Positions 47,546-56,415 of a stretch of DNA of 64,000 nt are shown piece by piece. The stretch comes from a virus. Positions within the stretch are counted from its first letter, which is position 1, and the number at the start of each line of letters is the position of its first letter. The notes under the pieces are model-generated. The model was not told the DNA's origin, ran no database searches, and saw only the letters and a list, made by a program, of their open reading frames with translations. Where the stretch lies: the IMG/VR virus record IMGVR_UViG_3300029319_000007; one strand, given 5' to 3'. The position numbers and the translations under genes were made by a program.

Positions 47546-48486
47546 TTGAATTTACACTCGCCCATAATCTCAGTTAAACAGGCGACCATATTCAATTCAG
47601 GATCAGCAACAAAAGCATTTTTATATTGATATTCTGCAAGTAGAATAACCATAGGTGGGATTGATTGTGGTTGTAATGTACCATAAAAGTTTTGATACAA
47701 CTCTTTATAAAGACCTGCAGGATCTTGATCAATATTATCAACAACCCATTTTCTCATATCATTAAACTTTTTGTTTTTTAATGCCTGATTAAGTGATTGT
47801 ATATTTGCTTCAGATACGGTGACTAGAATACCTGTGTCTATTTTACCAGATACAGAATATCTTTGTAGTTCGTTTATCGTTCTTCTAAAGTCAGGATAAT
47901 ATTTTACAATAAGTTCTGCCAATACTTTTGGGTCAAACTCAATATTCTCTTGTTCTAAGATTGTAGATAATCGTTTATGAAATAAACCTGCTAGGTTTTG
48001 TTTATCTTTATTCTGAATACTAAAATTAATAACAGTACACCTACTATGAATTGCAGGTATAATTTTATTCTTATAATTACATGTAAAGATAAATCTACAG
48101 TTATTACTAAATGTTTCGATAAAGTTTCTTAGAGCAGGTTGAACACTTTCAGCATTCATATAATCTGCTTCGTCAACTATAACAACTTTAGGTTTATTTG
48201 ATTCTGATAAACTTACTGTAGAAGCAAATGACTTGATTTGATTTCTTACTGTGTCAATAGAACGACCTTCGTCAGAACCATTGATCATCATAACATCTAA
48301 ATCAAGTTCATTACATAATGCTTTTGCAACAGTAGTTTTGCCTGTGCCGGCAGTACCTGATAATAAGAGATTAGGTATCTCACCTTGTTTAAGTATAGAT
48401 TTAAATGTATTTTTTATTTCAGCGGGTAAAATACATTCGTCAATTGTAGAGGGTCTATACGCCTCTACCCATAATAAATTATCCAT
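47542..48486 (-). CDS. gp44: clamp loader large subunit (gp44)
   Basis: LWVEAYRP, GTAGTGKTT, DEAD, SRC and PDFRR motifs. Confidence 0.95.
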   Translation of the reverse strand: MDNLLWVEAYRPSTIDECILPAEIKNTFKSILKQGEIPNLLLSGTAGTGKTTVAKALCNELDLDVMMINGSDEGRSIDTVRNQIKSFASTVSLSESNKPKVVIVDEADYMNAESVQPALRNFIETFSNNCRFIFTCNYKNKIIPAIHSRCTVINFSIQNKDKQNLAGLFHKRLSTILEQENIEFDPKVLAELIVKYYPDFRRTINELQRYSVSGKIDTGILVTVSEANIQSLNQALKNKKFNDMRKWVVDNIDQDPAGLYKELYQNFYGTLQPQSIPPMVILLAEYQYKNAFVADPELNMVACLTEIMGECKFK

Positions 48487-48489
48487 GAA

Positions 48490-49158
48490 TTACCCCTCAT
48501 ACTTAGAAGTATTTTCTAGGGCAATCCAATATTGTACTGTTTTATTTTTATGTCTAAAATTAGAAATAAGTTTAGAAGATATAAAGACATTATAATCACC
48601 AGGCAACATTTTGAAATGTTCTGTTTTAAAGTGAAAGTCAAATTTCTTATTTGTAGAACCAACCTTAACACCGTAAGTATTTGCTGTATCGTTTTTCTTA
48701 TCAACAGCAGACATGATGATATCACCATCAACAGACTTAACAGATATGTCAGGTAGTTGCAACATTGCCGCCGCCTTTTTAACTTTAGATAAGTCAGTTT
48801 CAGTAAGTGTAAACTCTACCTCTGTTTCAGGCATTTTTACATCTTTTTGAGGTGTTGTTAAAATAGAAGGGTCTGCAAAATAATATTTAGATTTTGTAGA
48901 TGTACCTTCTTCATTGATTGTCATTGATTTATCATCAAACGCAAATGTTGGTTTGTTGAATAAAGATAACATGCCTAAAAATTCAGACAAGTCATAGATA
49001 GCGATGTCTTGTGGAAAGTCTTCTTCAACACCAGCAGTCGCTAATATATTCTTCATTGTTGATATTGTCTTAACAACCTTACCTGGTTGTATTAACAAGT
49101 TAGGATTTATTTCACTAAAGTTTTTTAGTATCTCTTTAGTATTATCACTTAGTTTCAT
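48490..49158 (-). CDS. gp45: sliding clamp (gp45)
   Basis: LKNFSEIN, IYDLSEFL and YWIALE motifs; synteny. Confidence 0.93.
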   Translation of the reverse strand: MKLSDNTKEILKNFSEINPNLLIQPGKVVKTISTMKNILATAGVEEDFPQDIAIYDLSEFLGMLSLFNKPTFAFDDKSMTINEEGTSTKSKYYFADPSILTTPQKDVKMPETEVEFTLTETDLSKVKKAAAMLQLPDISVKSVDGDIIMSAVDKKNDTANTYGVKVGSTNKKFDFHFKTEHFKMLPGDYNVFISSKLISNFRHKNKTVQYWIALENTSKYEG

Positions 49159-49170
49159 TATATAATCTCC

Positions 49171-49482
49171 TTAATCATTAGGGTTAGTTAATTTTTCAGA
49201 TAGTACAGAGGCAAGTGGTTTGTCTTCGTAATGATCCTGGGACAATTGTATTATGGCATAATGAATAACTTTCATAAGGTCTTTCTTATTCTTGCCTTCT
49301 TTTTTACCATATCGTTGGGCATACTTTAAAATATTGCCCATACAAAAACCTTCACCGTGTCCTTGATCGATAATGATTTCTGTTGCTTGTTTTTGTGTTG
49401 TAGAATAGTGGGATGAATAAGTTTCATCAATATATCTTTTCACATCATCAAGTATAATCTTTTCTTTAAATTTATACATCAT
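49171..49482 (-). CDS. DUF3310 / T7 gp1.7-like protein
   Basis: HY...GFCMGNILKYAQRYGKK.G....DLMK motif. Confidence 0.8.
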   Translation of the reverse strand: MMYKFKEKIILDDVKRYIDETYSSHYSTTQKQATEIIIDQGHGEGFCMGNILKYAQRYGKKEGKNKKDLMKVIHYAIIQLSQDHYEDKPLASVLSEKLTNPND

Positions 49483-49485
49483 ATA

Positions 49486-49522
49486 ATTATATCATAAAAG
49501 GGGGCCGTTGTCAACCCCCTTA
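49486..49522 (-). promoter_or_regulatory. intrinsic terminator of hsp20 overlapping a consensus sigma70 promoter
   Basis: AAGGGGGTTGACAACGGCCCCCTTTT hairpin contains TTGACA (49509-49514); 17 nt to TATAAT (49486-49491). Confidence 0.75.
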
Positions 49523-49531
49523 TCTATTTTT

Positions 49532-49951
49532 TTATGCAATCTCAATTGTTCTAGGTTTTTTACCCTCAGGTACAATTTTTTCTAGTGCAATTGATAACAT
49601 ACCATCTTTCATTTCGGCGCCTCTAACTTCTACATCATCAGCAGTTGTGAATGATCTTGTAAAATGTCTTTTGGCAATACCTCTATGAATTGTATCTTTA
49701 TCGTCCTCATCTTTATGAGTTGATTTGATTGTGATAGTATTGTCGGCATATTTTACCTCAATATCATTTTTATTATAACCAGCAAGTGCCATTTCAATTT
49801 TCCAATTGAGATCGTCTTTACCTTTCACGATATTGTATGGTGGGAATGAATTTGATCTATTATCTACATAATGATCAAACTGTGAGAACAAATCATCAAA
49901 CCCGATTGTGTATGGTCTTAGATCGTTCCATATAGATAAGTTTCTTGTCAT
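49532..49951 (-). CDS. small heat-shock protein Hsp20/IbpA
   Basis: IGFD, FPPYNI, EMALAG, HRGIAKR.F.R.F and GML.I.L motifs. Confidence 0.95.
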   Translation of the reverse strand: MTRNLSIWNDLRPYTIGFDDLFSQFDHYVDNRSNSFPPYNIVKGKDDLNWKIEMALAGYNKNDIEVKYADNTITIKSTHKDEDDKDTIHRGIAKRHFTRSFTTADDVEVRGAEMKDGMLSIALEKIVPEGKKPRTIEIA

Positions 49952-50001
49952 ATTTTCTCCTTTATAAGCAAGTTAAAACTGATACCCTTAATGGCGTATC
50001 A
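49952..50001 (-). ncRNA. ROSE-like RNA thermometer in hsp20 5' UTR
   Basis: 5' hairpin TGATACGCC-ATTAA-GGGTATCA, then CTTGCTT-ATA-AAGGAG with UUGCU and a bulged G pairing the SD. Confidence 0.6.
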
Positions 50002-50005
50002 ATAA

Positions 50006-50038
50006 TATTTATATAGTTATTATATTTCATTTTTCAAG
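50006..50038 (-). promoter_or_regulatory. RpoH-type promoter (CTTG-17-ACTATAT) overlapping late promoter TATAAATA
   Basis: CTTG 50035-50038, ACTATAT 50011-50017, TATAAATA 50006-50013. Confidence 0.55.
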
Positions 50039-50039
50039 T

Positions 50040-50145
50040 GGTAGTTTTTTCTAGGATTCATTATCCAGAGGGAAACTACCAAACCTAAAATGTGTTGTCT
50101 TTACGAGAGGCAACACTCATGAGGACTTACGGATTGCCTCATGAC
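50040..50145. ncRNA. three tandem hairpins, candidate small RNA
   Basis: GGTAGTTT/AAACTACC, GTGTTG/CAACAC and TCATGAGG/CCTCATGA stems. Confidence 0.45.
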
Positions 50146-50154
50146 TATTTATGC

Positions 50155-50409
50155 TTATGCATAAACTGATGGTTCTAAAGCGGCAAAACCAGCGGCAATT
50201 AACGCTTTAGATGGAGTACCTATTCTGTAATAAGTACCTGATTTGTTTTTGTTGATATAGACACAATGTCCTTCCTCACGGATTTTATCAACAACCGCTC
50301 TAGGTCTAGAGAGGTTAAACTTGGATTGTGCTTCTTTCCAAGTCACACTTTCGCCTCTTAATAAAGCATTAAGAAACTTCGTGCTATTTGCAAGTGTTTT
50401 TCTACCCAT
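50155..50409 (-). CDS. small winged-HTH-like protein
   Basis: LLRGESVT..EA...F....PRA.V..IR.EGH...YRIG.PS motif. Confidence 0.65.
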   Translation of the reverse strand: MGRKTLANSTKFLNALLRGESVTWKEAQSKFNLSRPRAVVDKIREEGHCVYINKNKSGTYYRIGTPSKALIAAGFAALEPSVYA

Positions 50410-50430
50410 AATATAAGGTCCTTTCTTATG

Positions 50431-50640
50431 TTAGTTGTTATCAAGTCGCTCTTGCAAGCGTCTTAATTTGTTTACACGCTTAATAGATTCCTTCTTTAAG
50501 CGTTGTCTCTTTAACGAAGGTTTTTCGTAAAACTGTCTTCGTTTTAATTCTTTTAATAAACCATCTTTCATAACTTTCTTTTTAAGTTGTCTCATGGCTT
50601 TTTCTACATTGTTATTTCTAACTCTTACCTCAAGTGTCAT
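50431..50640 (-). CDS. rpsU: ribosomal protein bS21
   Basis: V.VRNNNVEKAMRQLKKK...G...ELK.R.FYEKPS.KR. Confidence 0.93.
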   Translation of the reverse strand: MTLEVRVRNNNVEKAMRQLKKKVMKDGLLKELKRRQFYEKPSLKRQRLKKESIKRVNKLRRLQERLDNN

Positions 50641-50709
50641 TATATCACCTCCTCAATGTGAGGGACAGATTTCTCTGCCCCTCTGAGGTCTACATTATGA
50701 ACGATAGAT

Positions 50710-51879
50710 TTAAGCATTATCACTAATACTTTCCTCACTATCATTGGAAGGTCCTTGATTTAGTTCTTCTATACTAACGCCGGAATCGACTTTAGTATAT
50801 AAATCAAGGAAACTGTTTTTAGTATCTGTATCAAATCTGTTGATACAAACCTCAACTGCTTTCAACTTGTTTTTAAAGATTGCAAAAGCATTGATGATAT
50901 GTACAAGTCTTCTTGTAGCGATTATCTCATCAATACCGCCGTCATAGAAAGTTCTTCTAATGACATCTGCCCATTTAACAAGGTTGCCAGTAAACTCATT
51001 ATCTTTTAAACTGTAATGCGACATTACATTATCTAAGATTTTTTGTTCGATCTTAGCACTAGGATATTCTTGTTCGAATGTCACAGGAAATCTTTCAAGA
51101 AACGCTTCGTTAAGAATGTTAGTACCAATAAATCTACCATCATCACTACCTTTACCTTTAGTATTGGCAGTTGCGATAATATTAAAACCGTCTTTAGGTT
51201 CGATAAACTGACCTATCTTTTTAAGAAAGATACCGTTGCCTTCAAGAACAGGTTGTAAACACATTATCTTATTTGAGGCAAGGTCAATCTCATCTAAGAG
51301 AAGAACAGCACCTCTTTTCATTGCGTCAACAACAGGACCGTCATGCCAGACAGTTTCGCCGTCTTGCAATCTGAAACCACCAAGTAAATCGTCTTCGTCA
51401 GTTTCAATGGTAATATTAACTCTAATAAGTTCTCTTTTAAGTTCGGCACAACTCTGAATAATATTTAAAGTTTTACCGTTACCAGATAAACCAGTAATAA
51501 AAGTAGGATAAAAGATACCTGATTTAATAATATTTTTGATATCTTTAAAATTACCAAAAGGTACGAATGTGTCTTCTTTTGAAGGCACAAGATTGTCGGC
51601 ACTAGATTGTGATACGGCAATCTTTTTACTTACAGTTTCAGTTTGTTTTGAAACTTTTTGTTTTACATGTTTAGAAGGATTTACAATACCTTCAACAGGT
51701 AATTTGTAAACGCCTCTAGTTAATCTGAATGTATCAGATTTTAACCATTCAGGATATTTAAGACCATTGTCTTTTGCGAATGAGTTAATCTCAACTCTAG
51801 ACAATTGATCTTTCCCAAAGTGTTTGTACGCTAAATCGACAAACTCTTTTTGTTCAATGTTTAGTTCTTTATAGTTCAT
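50710..51879 (-). CDS. CobS/MoxR-like AAA+ ATPase
   Basis: GLSGNGKT, DEDDLLGG, LLLDEID, TANTKG and NEAFLERF motifs. Confidence 0.9.
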   Translation of the reverse strand: MNYKELNIEQKEFVDLAYKHFGKDQLSRVEINSFAKDNGLKYPEWLKSDTFRLTRGVYKLPVEGIVNPSKHVKQKVSKQTETVSKKIAVSQSSADNLVPSKEDTFVPFGNFKDIKNIIKSGIFYPTFITGLSGNGKTLNIIQSCAELKRELIRVNITIETDEDDLLGGFRLQDGETVWHDGPVVDAMKRGAVLLLDEIDLASNKIMCLQPVLEGNGIFLKKIGQFIEPKDGFNIIATANTKGKGSDDGRFIGTNILNEAFLERFPVTFEQEYPSAKIEQKILDNVMSHYSLKDNEFTGNLVKWADVIRRTFYDGGIDEIIATRRLVHIINAFAIFKNKLKAVEVCINRFDTDTKNSFLDLYTKVDSGVSIEELNQGPSNDSEESISDNA

Positions 51880-51906
51880 AATATATTCCTTTCAAAATAC
51901 TGGTAT

Positions 51907-52007
51907 ATGCTATCACAGTTCGACATTAAAGTCAAGCACAATCGTAAAATTAAAATCGTTATTTATCAATGATTTAGTCATTTTTTTAGGTGCGACATCC
52001 TGTCTCA
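51907..52007 (-). promoter_or_regulatory. promoter cassette copy 3
   Basis: -10 TAGCAT 51907-51912, -35 TTGACT 51930-51935, TATCAATGATTTA 51964-51976, GGTGCGACATCCTGTCTCA 51989-52007. Confidence 0.7.
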
Positions 52008-54299
52008 TGCAATTCTTTCAATAAATTTGTTCAATAAAACTCTAGAAACCTTCTTAGTTTTAAAGTTTTTAAGAAATTGTTGTTTCATTTTAGCAGTAGT
52101 CATATCAGAATTAATATCGACATTTTCATCAGATACTTTTAGTTGACTTCTTGGTATGATAAAAAACTCATCATAACCAATATCTGTAATTGAATGACAT
52201 TTATGTTTTCTGATATTCGCTTTTGCGATCTCATATTGTTCATAACCTTCTACTTTATTAAAGTTAGCAACATCCCAATACTTAACTGATTTGCCTGCAA
52301 TGTAATAACCAATAACAGTTGAATTAGTTTTATATTTAAAATACTTTAATGAAGAATAATGATAATTAAAGTGATTAGTGTTAGGTAAACTTTTACTATG
52401 TTTAGAACCAAACACACTAGAAAATGTACCGTCTTTCATAACTATTCTAGTTTCGTATTGACCGTAAGCGTGACTTAATTTACCTTCTTTATCATAATCT
52501 GTATAATTATGATTAGTATGACCACAACCGTCAGTTAAGAATATTGTTGACATTTTTTGTACTTTGTTTTTTTCTCTAAACTTATTTACAACAGGAATAG
52601 TACATAAGATAGCACTATCAAAAGGTGTACCACCAAATCTTAAAGTGTATGGTAATTCAATTGTTTTTTCATATTCATCTTCTTGATCAGTCCATCTATA
52701 CATGCGTTTTTTTCTAGTATTTTCTAGATTGTAATACATTGCAATTTGATATAAATTTGCCATTGCTTCATTAAACTTAGCAATTCTCATATCAGAAGAA
52801 ACAAATTGTAATAGTGAAACTTCTTCCATGATTTTTAGATTTCTTTCACCATAGTCAAATACTGATGAATTTAATCCATCATATCTCTGATAACCAGAAT
52901 TTTCTGATTTCATAAAATTACTTTTTCTCATATCAGTAAATGCATAAACTTCAAAAGGTATGTTAACTGATTTACAGAATAAAACTAAGTTTATTGTCTG
53001 ACAAATAGTATCATAAGTTTTATCTGACATAGAACCTGACCAGTCAATGATCATAACCATACCGTGGTTTTTTGCACCGGGTTCAATTTGTATTCTTTTA
53101 AAGATATCATCATTGTATTTGTATGAATGTAAAGCATTAGTATTAATCATACCAGTTCTAGAAGTTCTAGTTCTAGAATAAGAATCTGCTCTTTTCTTCA
53201 TTTCAAATTCTTTAGTCATATAACTAACTGATCGCATACATTGATTTTTATATTTTTTCCATACAAGTAATCTTTTAGACATTGGAAAATCTGCATTACT
53301 ATCATTAATTTTTTGAGCAATAATATCATAAGGCACAACAGCGTCTTTTACTTTAGGATATTTCAAGTAAAGATTATCCCAAGTCTTACTATCAAGTTGA
53401 GCAAGTTTTGAAGATTGTTTTTGATAATTATTATCAGTAGCAGATTCATTGATATCACCTGATCTTTCATCAGGACTATAACCGGCACCTGATGGTGCAG
53501 TACCTACATCTGATTTTTGTTCTTCTTTTTCTTTTTCTTCTTCTTTTTCTTCTTTACTAGATTGACTAGATTGTTGTTCTTCTTCTGATTTATCATTATC
53601 AGATTCAGATGAGGTAGTATCTTTCTGATCTTGCTCTTGTTGCTCATCAGTATCTCCTTGTTGAGGTTGCATGTCTTGTTCTTCGTCACCTTCTTCAAAG
53701 TTTACATCATCAGATACACTAGATAATTGTTCTTGTTCTTGTTCATCAAATTGTTCTTCTTGCGAATAAGCATAAATGTCTTTTGTAAGTTTTACAACAT
53801 CTTCCCAAGTTTCTAGATTATCTGATCTAGTAATAAATTCTTTTTCAATATCATTAAACTCAATTATTTCTCTTTGACCTGATTTAGCAAACATATTAAG
53901 TCTATCAATAAATCTAATTTTGTTTACATCAATTTCACTAGTACCAAAGAAATCTTTCTCAATCAGTTCATTATAACCATTATAATATGATTTTCTTAAA
54001 CCAGGATATTTCTTTTTCATTTTCTTGTCGATACGAATATCTTCGACAACATTAAAATAAGAATGGGGAATATCGTATTTTTTAAATTCGTTTTCATCAG
54101 TAGGTGTATATAAAGCATGACCTACTTCATGCCCAACTAATAAGTCATATAAATCATTAGTCATATCTTCCCAAATAGGAAGACATAAAACTCTAGTCTT
54201 AGGAATGAAATATGCAGTTTTTACTTTTTTGTGTTCTACTGTGATATTTTCAGTAGCAAGTAATTTTGCAAGATTTGATTTTTGTTCTTGTGTAATCAT
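52005..54299 (-). CDS. CobT-like metallopeptidase-VWA protein
   Basis: HEVGH, NVVED.RI, acidic linker, DWSGSM MIDAS, GGTP and LTDG motifs. Confidence 0.88.
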   Translation of the reverse strand: MITQEQKSNLAKLLATENITVEHKKVKTAYFIPKTRVLCLPIWEDMTNDLYDLLVGHEVGHALYTPTDENEFKKYDIPHSYFNVVEDIRIDKKMKKKYPGLRKSYYNGYNELIEKDFFGTSEIDVNKIRFIDRLNMFAKSGQREIIEFNDIEKEFITRSDNLETWEDVVKLTKDIYAYSQEEQFDEQEQEQLSSVSDDVNFEEGDEEQDMQPQQGDTDEQQEQDQKDTTSSESDNDKSEEEQQSSQSSKEEKEEEKEKEEQKSDVGTAPSGAGYSPDERSGDINESATDNNYQKQSSKLAQLDSKTWDNLYLKYPKVKDAVVPYDIIAQKINDSNADFPMSKRLLVWKKYKNQCMRSVSYMTKEFEMKKRADSYSRTRTSRTGMINTNALHSYKYNDDIFKRIQIEPGAKNHGMVMIIDWSGSMSDKTYDTICQTINLVLFCKSVNIPFEVYAFTDMRKSNFMKSENSGYQRYDGLNSSVFDYGERNLKIMEEVSLLQFVSSDMRIAKFNEAMANLYQIAMYYNLENTRKKRMYRWTDQEDEYEKTIELPYTLRFGGTPFDSAILCTIPVVNKFREKNKVQKMSTIFLTDGCGHTNHNYTDYDKEGKLSHAYGQYETRIVMKDGTFSSVFGSKHSKSLPNTNHFNYHYSSLKYFKYKTNSTVIGYYIAGKSVKYWDVANFNKVEGYEQYEIAKANIRKHKCHSITDIGYDEFFIIPRSQLKVSDENVDINSDMTTAKMKQQFLKNFKTKKVSRVLLNKFIERIA

Positions 54300-54320
54300 A
54301 ATAACCTCAATTATGTTGCT

Positions 54321-54443
54321 ATGCTAACATGATTTTTAAAAATTTGCAAGCATTATCGTAAAAAAAGTTAAAGAAAAAACCCTTGTTTTTCAACGATTTA
54401 TTTAGGTGCGACAAAATGCACACCCTATGTTCGTGTTTTGTTC
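54321..54443 (-). promoter_or_regulatory. promoter cassette copy 4 with GTTC-N7-GTTC box
   Basis: -10 TAGCAT 54321-54326, -35 TTGCAA 54344-54349, GGTGCGACAAAATGCACACC 54405-54424, GTTCGTGTTTTGTTC 54429-54443. Confidence 0.7.
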
Positions 54444-55510
54444 TACTTTTCGAAGATAAAAGTAGGTTCAAATTTGCGACCGGATATGTCTGGTCTTTCA
54501 AATTCACCCATATATCGTTGTTTTTGTTTTTTCTCTGTGACCTCGCCGTCTAATGTTCTCACACTAGAACCGCCTTGTTGAGTAGATAAAGATAACCACC
54601 AGGTATCGACATGTTTAAATCCTACCTCTTTTGCTAGTCTTACTGTATCTTCTTCAAACTCTTTATATTGTTTTGTATTTGCAACATTTAATGCTAGATA
54701 TTTACCTGTCTTCAAACCTATATGTGCATTTGCAATTGTCTTTTTTAAGAAGTGTTCTTTCCACATATAACTTGTATCAAACTTAATACTAGATTGTTCA
54801 GGTTCATCACCATATGCTTCCCAACCAAAGTATGGCGGACTAGTAAATACAAAATCTAAACTTTCTTCTTCAGGTATATAAGTCTCACTACCTTGTCTTA
54901 ATAATTCATATTTCTTATCTTTGTGACCAAATGTATCTCTGATTTGTTCTAAACCTTTGTATGTAGGTATACAAGGATCAGTACCTATATAATTAACACC
55001 GGCAATAATCGCCCCTAATAGTCTACCGCCATAACCCATACTAGGATCCCAAACTGTTCCTGCTTCTGTGCCTTCTATAATACTATCTTTATCAACAAAG
55101 ATATCATACATTGCAGCGGCAGCAGTAGGTCTAAAATTAGAAACCATTTGTGTGCCTGTATATCTTCTTAACATAGAACGCAAATCACTATCAGTTATTT
55201 TGTGTAAAGGTTTTTGTACAAAGAATACACCATTAAGTATTTTGTTAATACCTTTTTCAAGTTGTTCTTCATCTTCCCATATTTCCATAGGTGTTTTCAT
55301 TTTACCACATTTAATGCCCCAAGCATGCTTCATATAAGACCATGCAAGATTAAGACCATGTGGCGATTGACCTATGACTTTGTTTTTTCTATCTACTAAA
55401 TTTGTTCTATCAAAACTTAACATAGTTTCAAATGTTTTATTACGCCATTTACTGTCTTCAGGATAATAAGGAAAACCTTTATCTTTTATTTGTTTTACTA
55501 TTTCACTCAT
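54443..55510 (-). CDS. putative amino DNA methyltransferase (same family as 40706-41989)
   Basis: NFRPTAA, VWDPSMGYGGRLLG, YIGTDP and FTSPPYF motifs; start MSEIVK. Confidence 0.8.
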   Translation of the reverse strand: MSEIVKQIKDKGFPYYPEDSKWRNKTFETMLSFDRTNLVDRKNKVIGQSPHGLNLAWSYMKHAWGIKCGKMKTPMEIWEDEEQLEKGINKILNGVFFVQKPLHKITDSDLRSMLRRYTGTQMVSNFRPTAAAAMYDIFVDKDSIIEGTEAGTVWDPSMGYGGRLLGAIIAGVNYIGTDPCIPTYKGLEQIRDTFGHKDKKYELLRQGSETYIPEEESLDFVFTSPPYFGWEAYGDEPEQSSIKFDTSYMWKEHFLKKTIANAHIGLKTGKYLALNVANTKQYKEFEEDTVRLAKEVGFKHVDTWWLSLSTQQGGSSVRTLDGEVTEKKQKQRYMGEFERPDISGRKFEPTFIFEK

Positions 55511-56115
55511 TGTGTTCTCTCTTTTGTCAAGTCTGCATATTCTTGATTTATTTCTGAACCTATCCATTGTCTCTTAGTATTCATAGCAGCAACTGCTGTT
55601 GTACCAGAACCCATAAAAGGATCATAAACAATATTATCTTTATCTGTATAGTTTTGTATTAATAGTTCTATTACTCTTACAGGCATACCATAACCATAGT
55701 TTTTATATTTACTAGAATTAATAATAAACACATCTGGTTTAAAATCTGCAATAGGTTTTCTCTTTGCATTTTTTCTACTAAATGTCATTACATGTTGATA
55801 GTTCATTCTATAATCATTTACACCTGTACCTTTTACCCAAATCTTATGTGAATGTAAAATATAACCTAGTGTTTTAAATACATCAATAACTATACTATGT
55901 TTAGACACTATTTGACCACCACTCTTTCTATCACTTATGCATATAGAAACAAAGTTGCTAGCAGGTTCTAATTTTACTGCCCATGATTTAATAAAGTCTG
56001 CATATGAAAAATCTATTGCCTTATCTAACTCATCAAAGTCAGGTGGCGAACAAACAACATAATCATAATATAATTTACGATCTAATGTTTTTAAACAATC
56101 TTCAACATATATCAT
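55507..56115 (-). CDS. beta-class N4/N6 DNA methyltransferase
   Basis: SPPD (atypical motif IV), then VYDPFMGSGTTAVAA and IGSEIN. Confidence 0.8.
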   Translation of the reverse strand: MIYVEDCLKTLDRKLYYDYVVCSPPDFDELDKAIDFSYADFIKSWAVKLEPASNFVSICISDRKSGGQIVSKHSIVIDVFKTLGYILHSHKIWVKGTGVNDYRMNYQHVMTFSRKNAKRKPIADFKPDVFIINSSKYKNYGYGMPVRVIELLIQNYTDKDNIVYDPFMGSGTTAVAAMNTKRQWIGSEINQEYADLTKERTQ

Positions 56116-56145
56116 TATAAAACCTTTTTACAGTATATCAAATTT

Positions 56146-56415
56146 TTATAGATTTGTCAAGGTTGAAAAAGTCTTTAGTTTTTCTCGTTTTTCAACTATT
56201 CTCTTATTCAATTCTGCTTGATTTACTAAACCTTTCTCTATTAACAATTGTATCATACACAGGACATCACCTGCTTCTTTTGTAATATTTTCATTCTCTT
56301 TACCAAATCTAACAATCTTCATGGTTTCTTGTGTTAGTTCACCACATTCTTCAGCAGTTATTGCTAACAGTTCTATTGTTTCTTGTGATAAAGCGTATTT
56401 CAAACCTTTTGTCAT
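56146..56415 (-). CDS. MazG-like nucleotide pyrophosphohydrolase
   Basis: AEECGEL...EAGDVL motif. Confidence 0.75.
   Translation of the reverse strand: MTKGLKYALSQETIELLAITAEECGELTQETMKIVRFGKENENITKEAGDVLCMIQLLIEKGLVNQAELNKRIVEKREKLKTFSTLTNL

Noticed and set aside
53500-53770. Low-complexity Glu/Gln/Lys tract and the overlapping 64-aa ORF
   Set aside because: This is the ordinary acidic linker of CobT-like VWA proteins.
50710-54299. CobS/CobT as cobalamin biosynthesis genes
   Set aside because: No cobN or other cob genes are present; the AAA plus VWA pair is common in T4-like marine phages and more likely acts as a chaperone.
3174-54443. Dispersed GGTGCGACA repeats as CRISPR or IS ends
   Set aside because: The four copies are far apart, have no spacer periodicity or transposase, and each sits upstream of a promoter.
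54319-54507. 62-aa minus-strand ORF
   Set aside because: It spans the conserved non-coding promoter cassette and is better explained as regulatory DNA.
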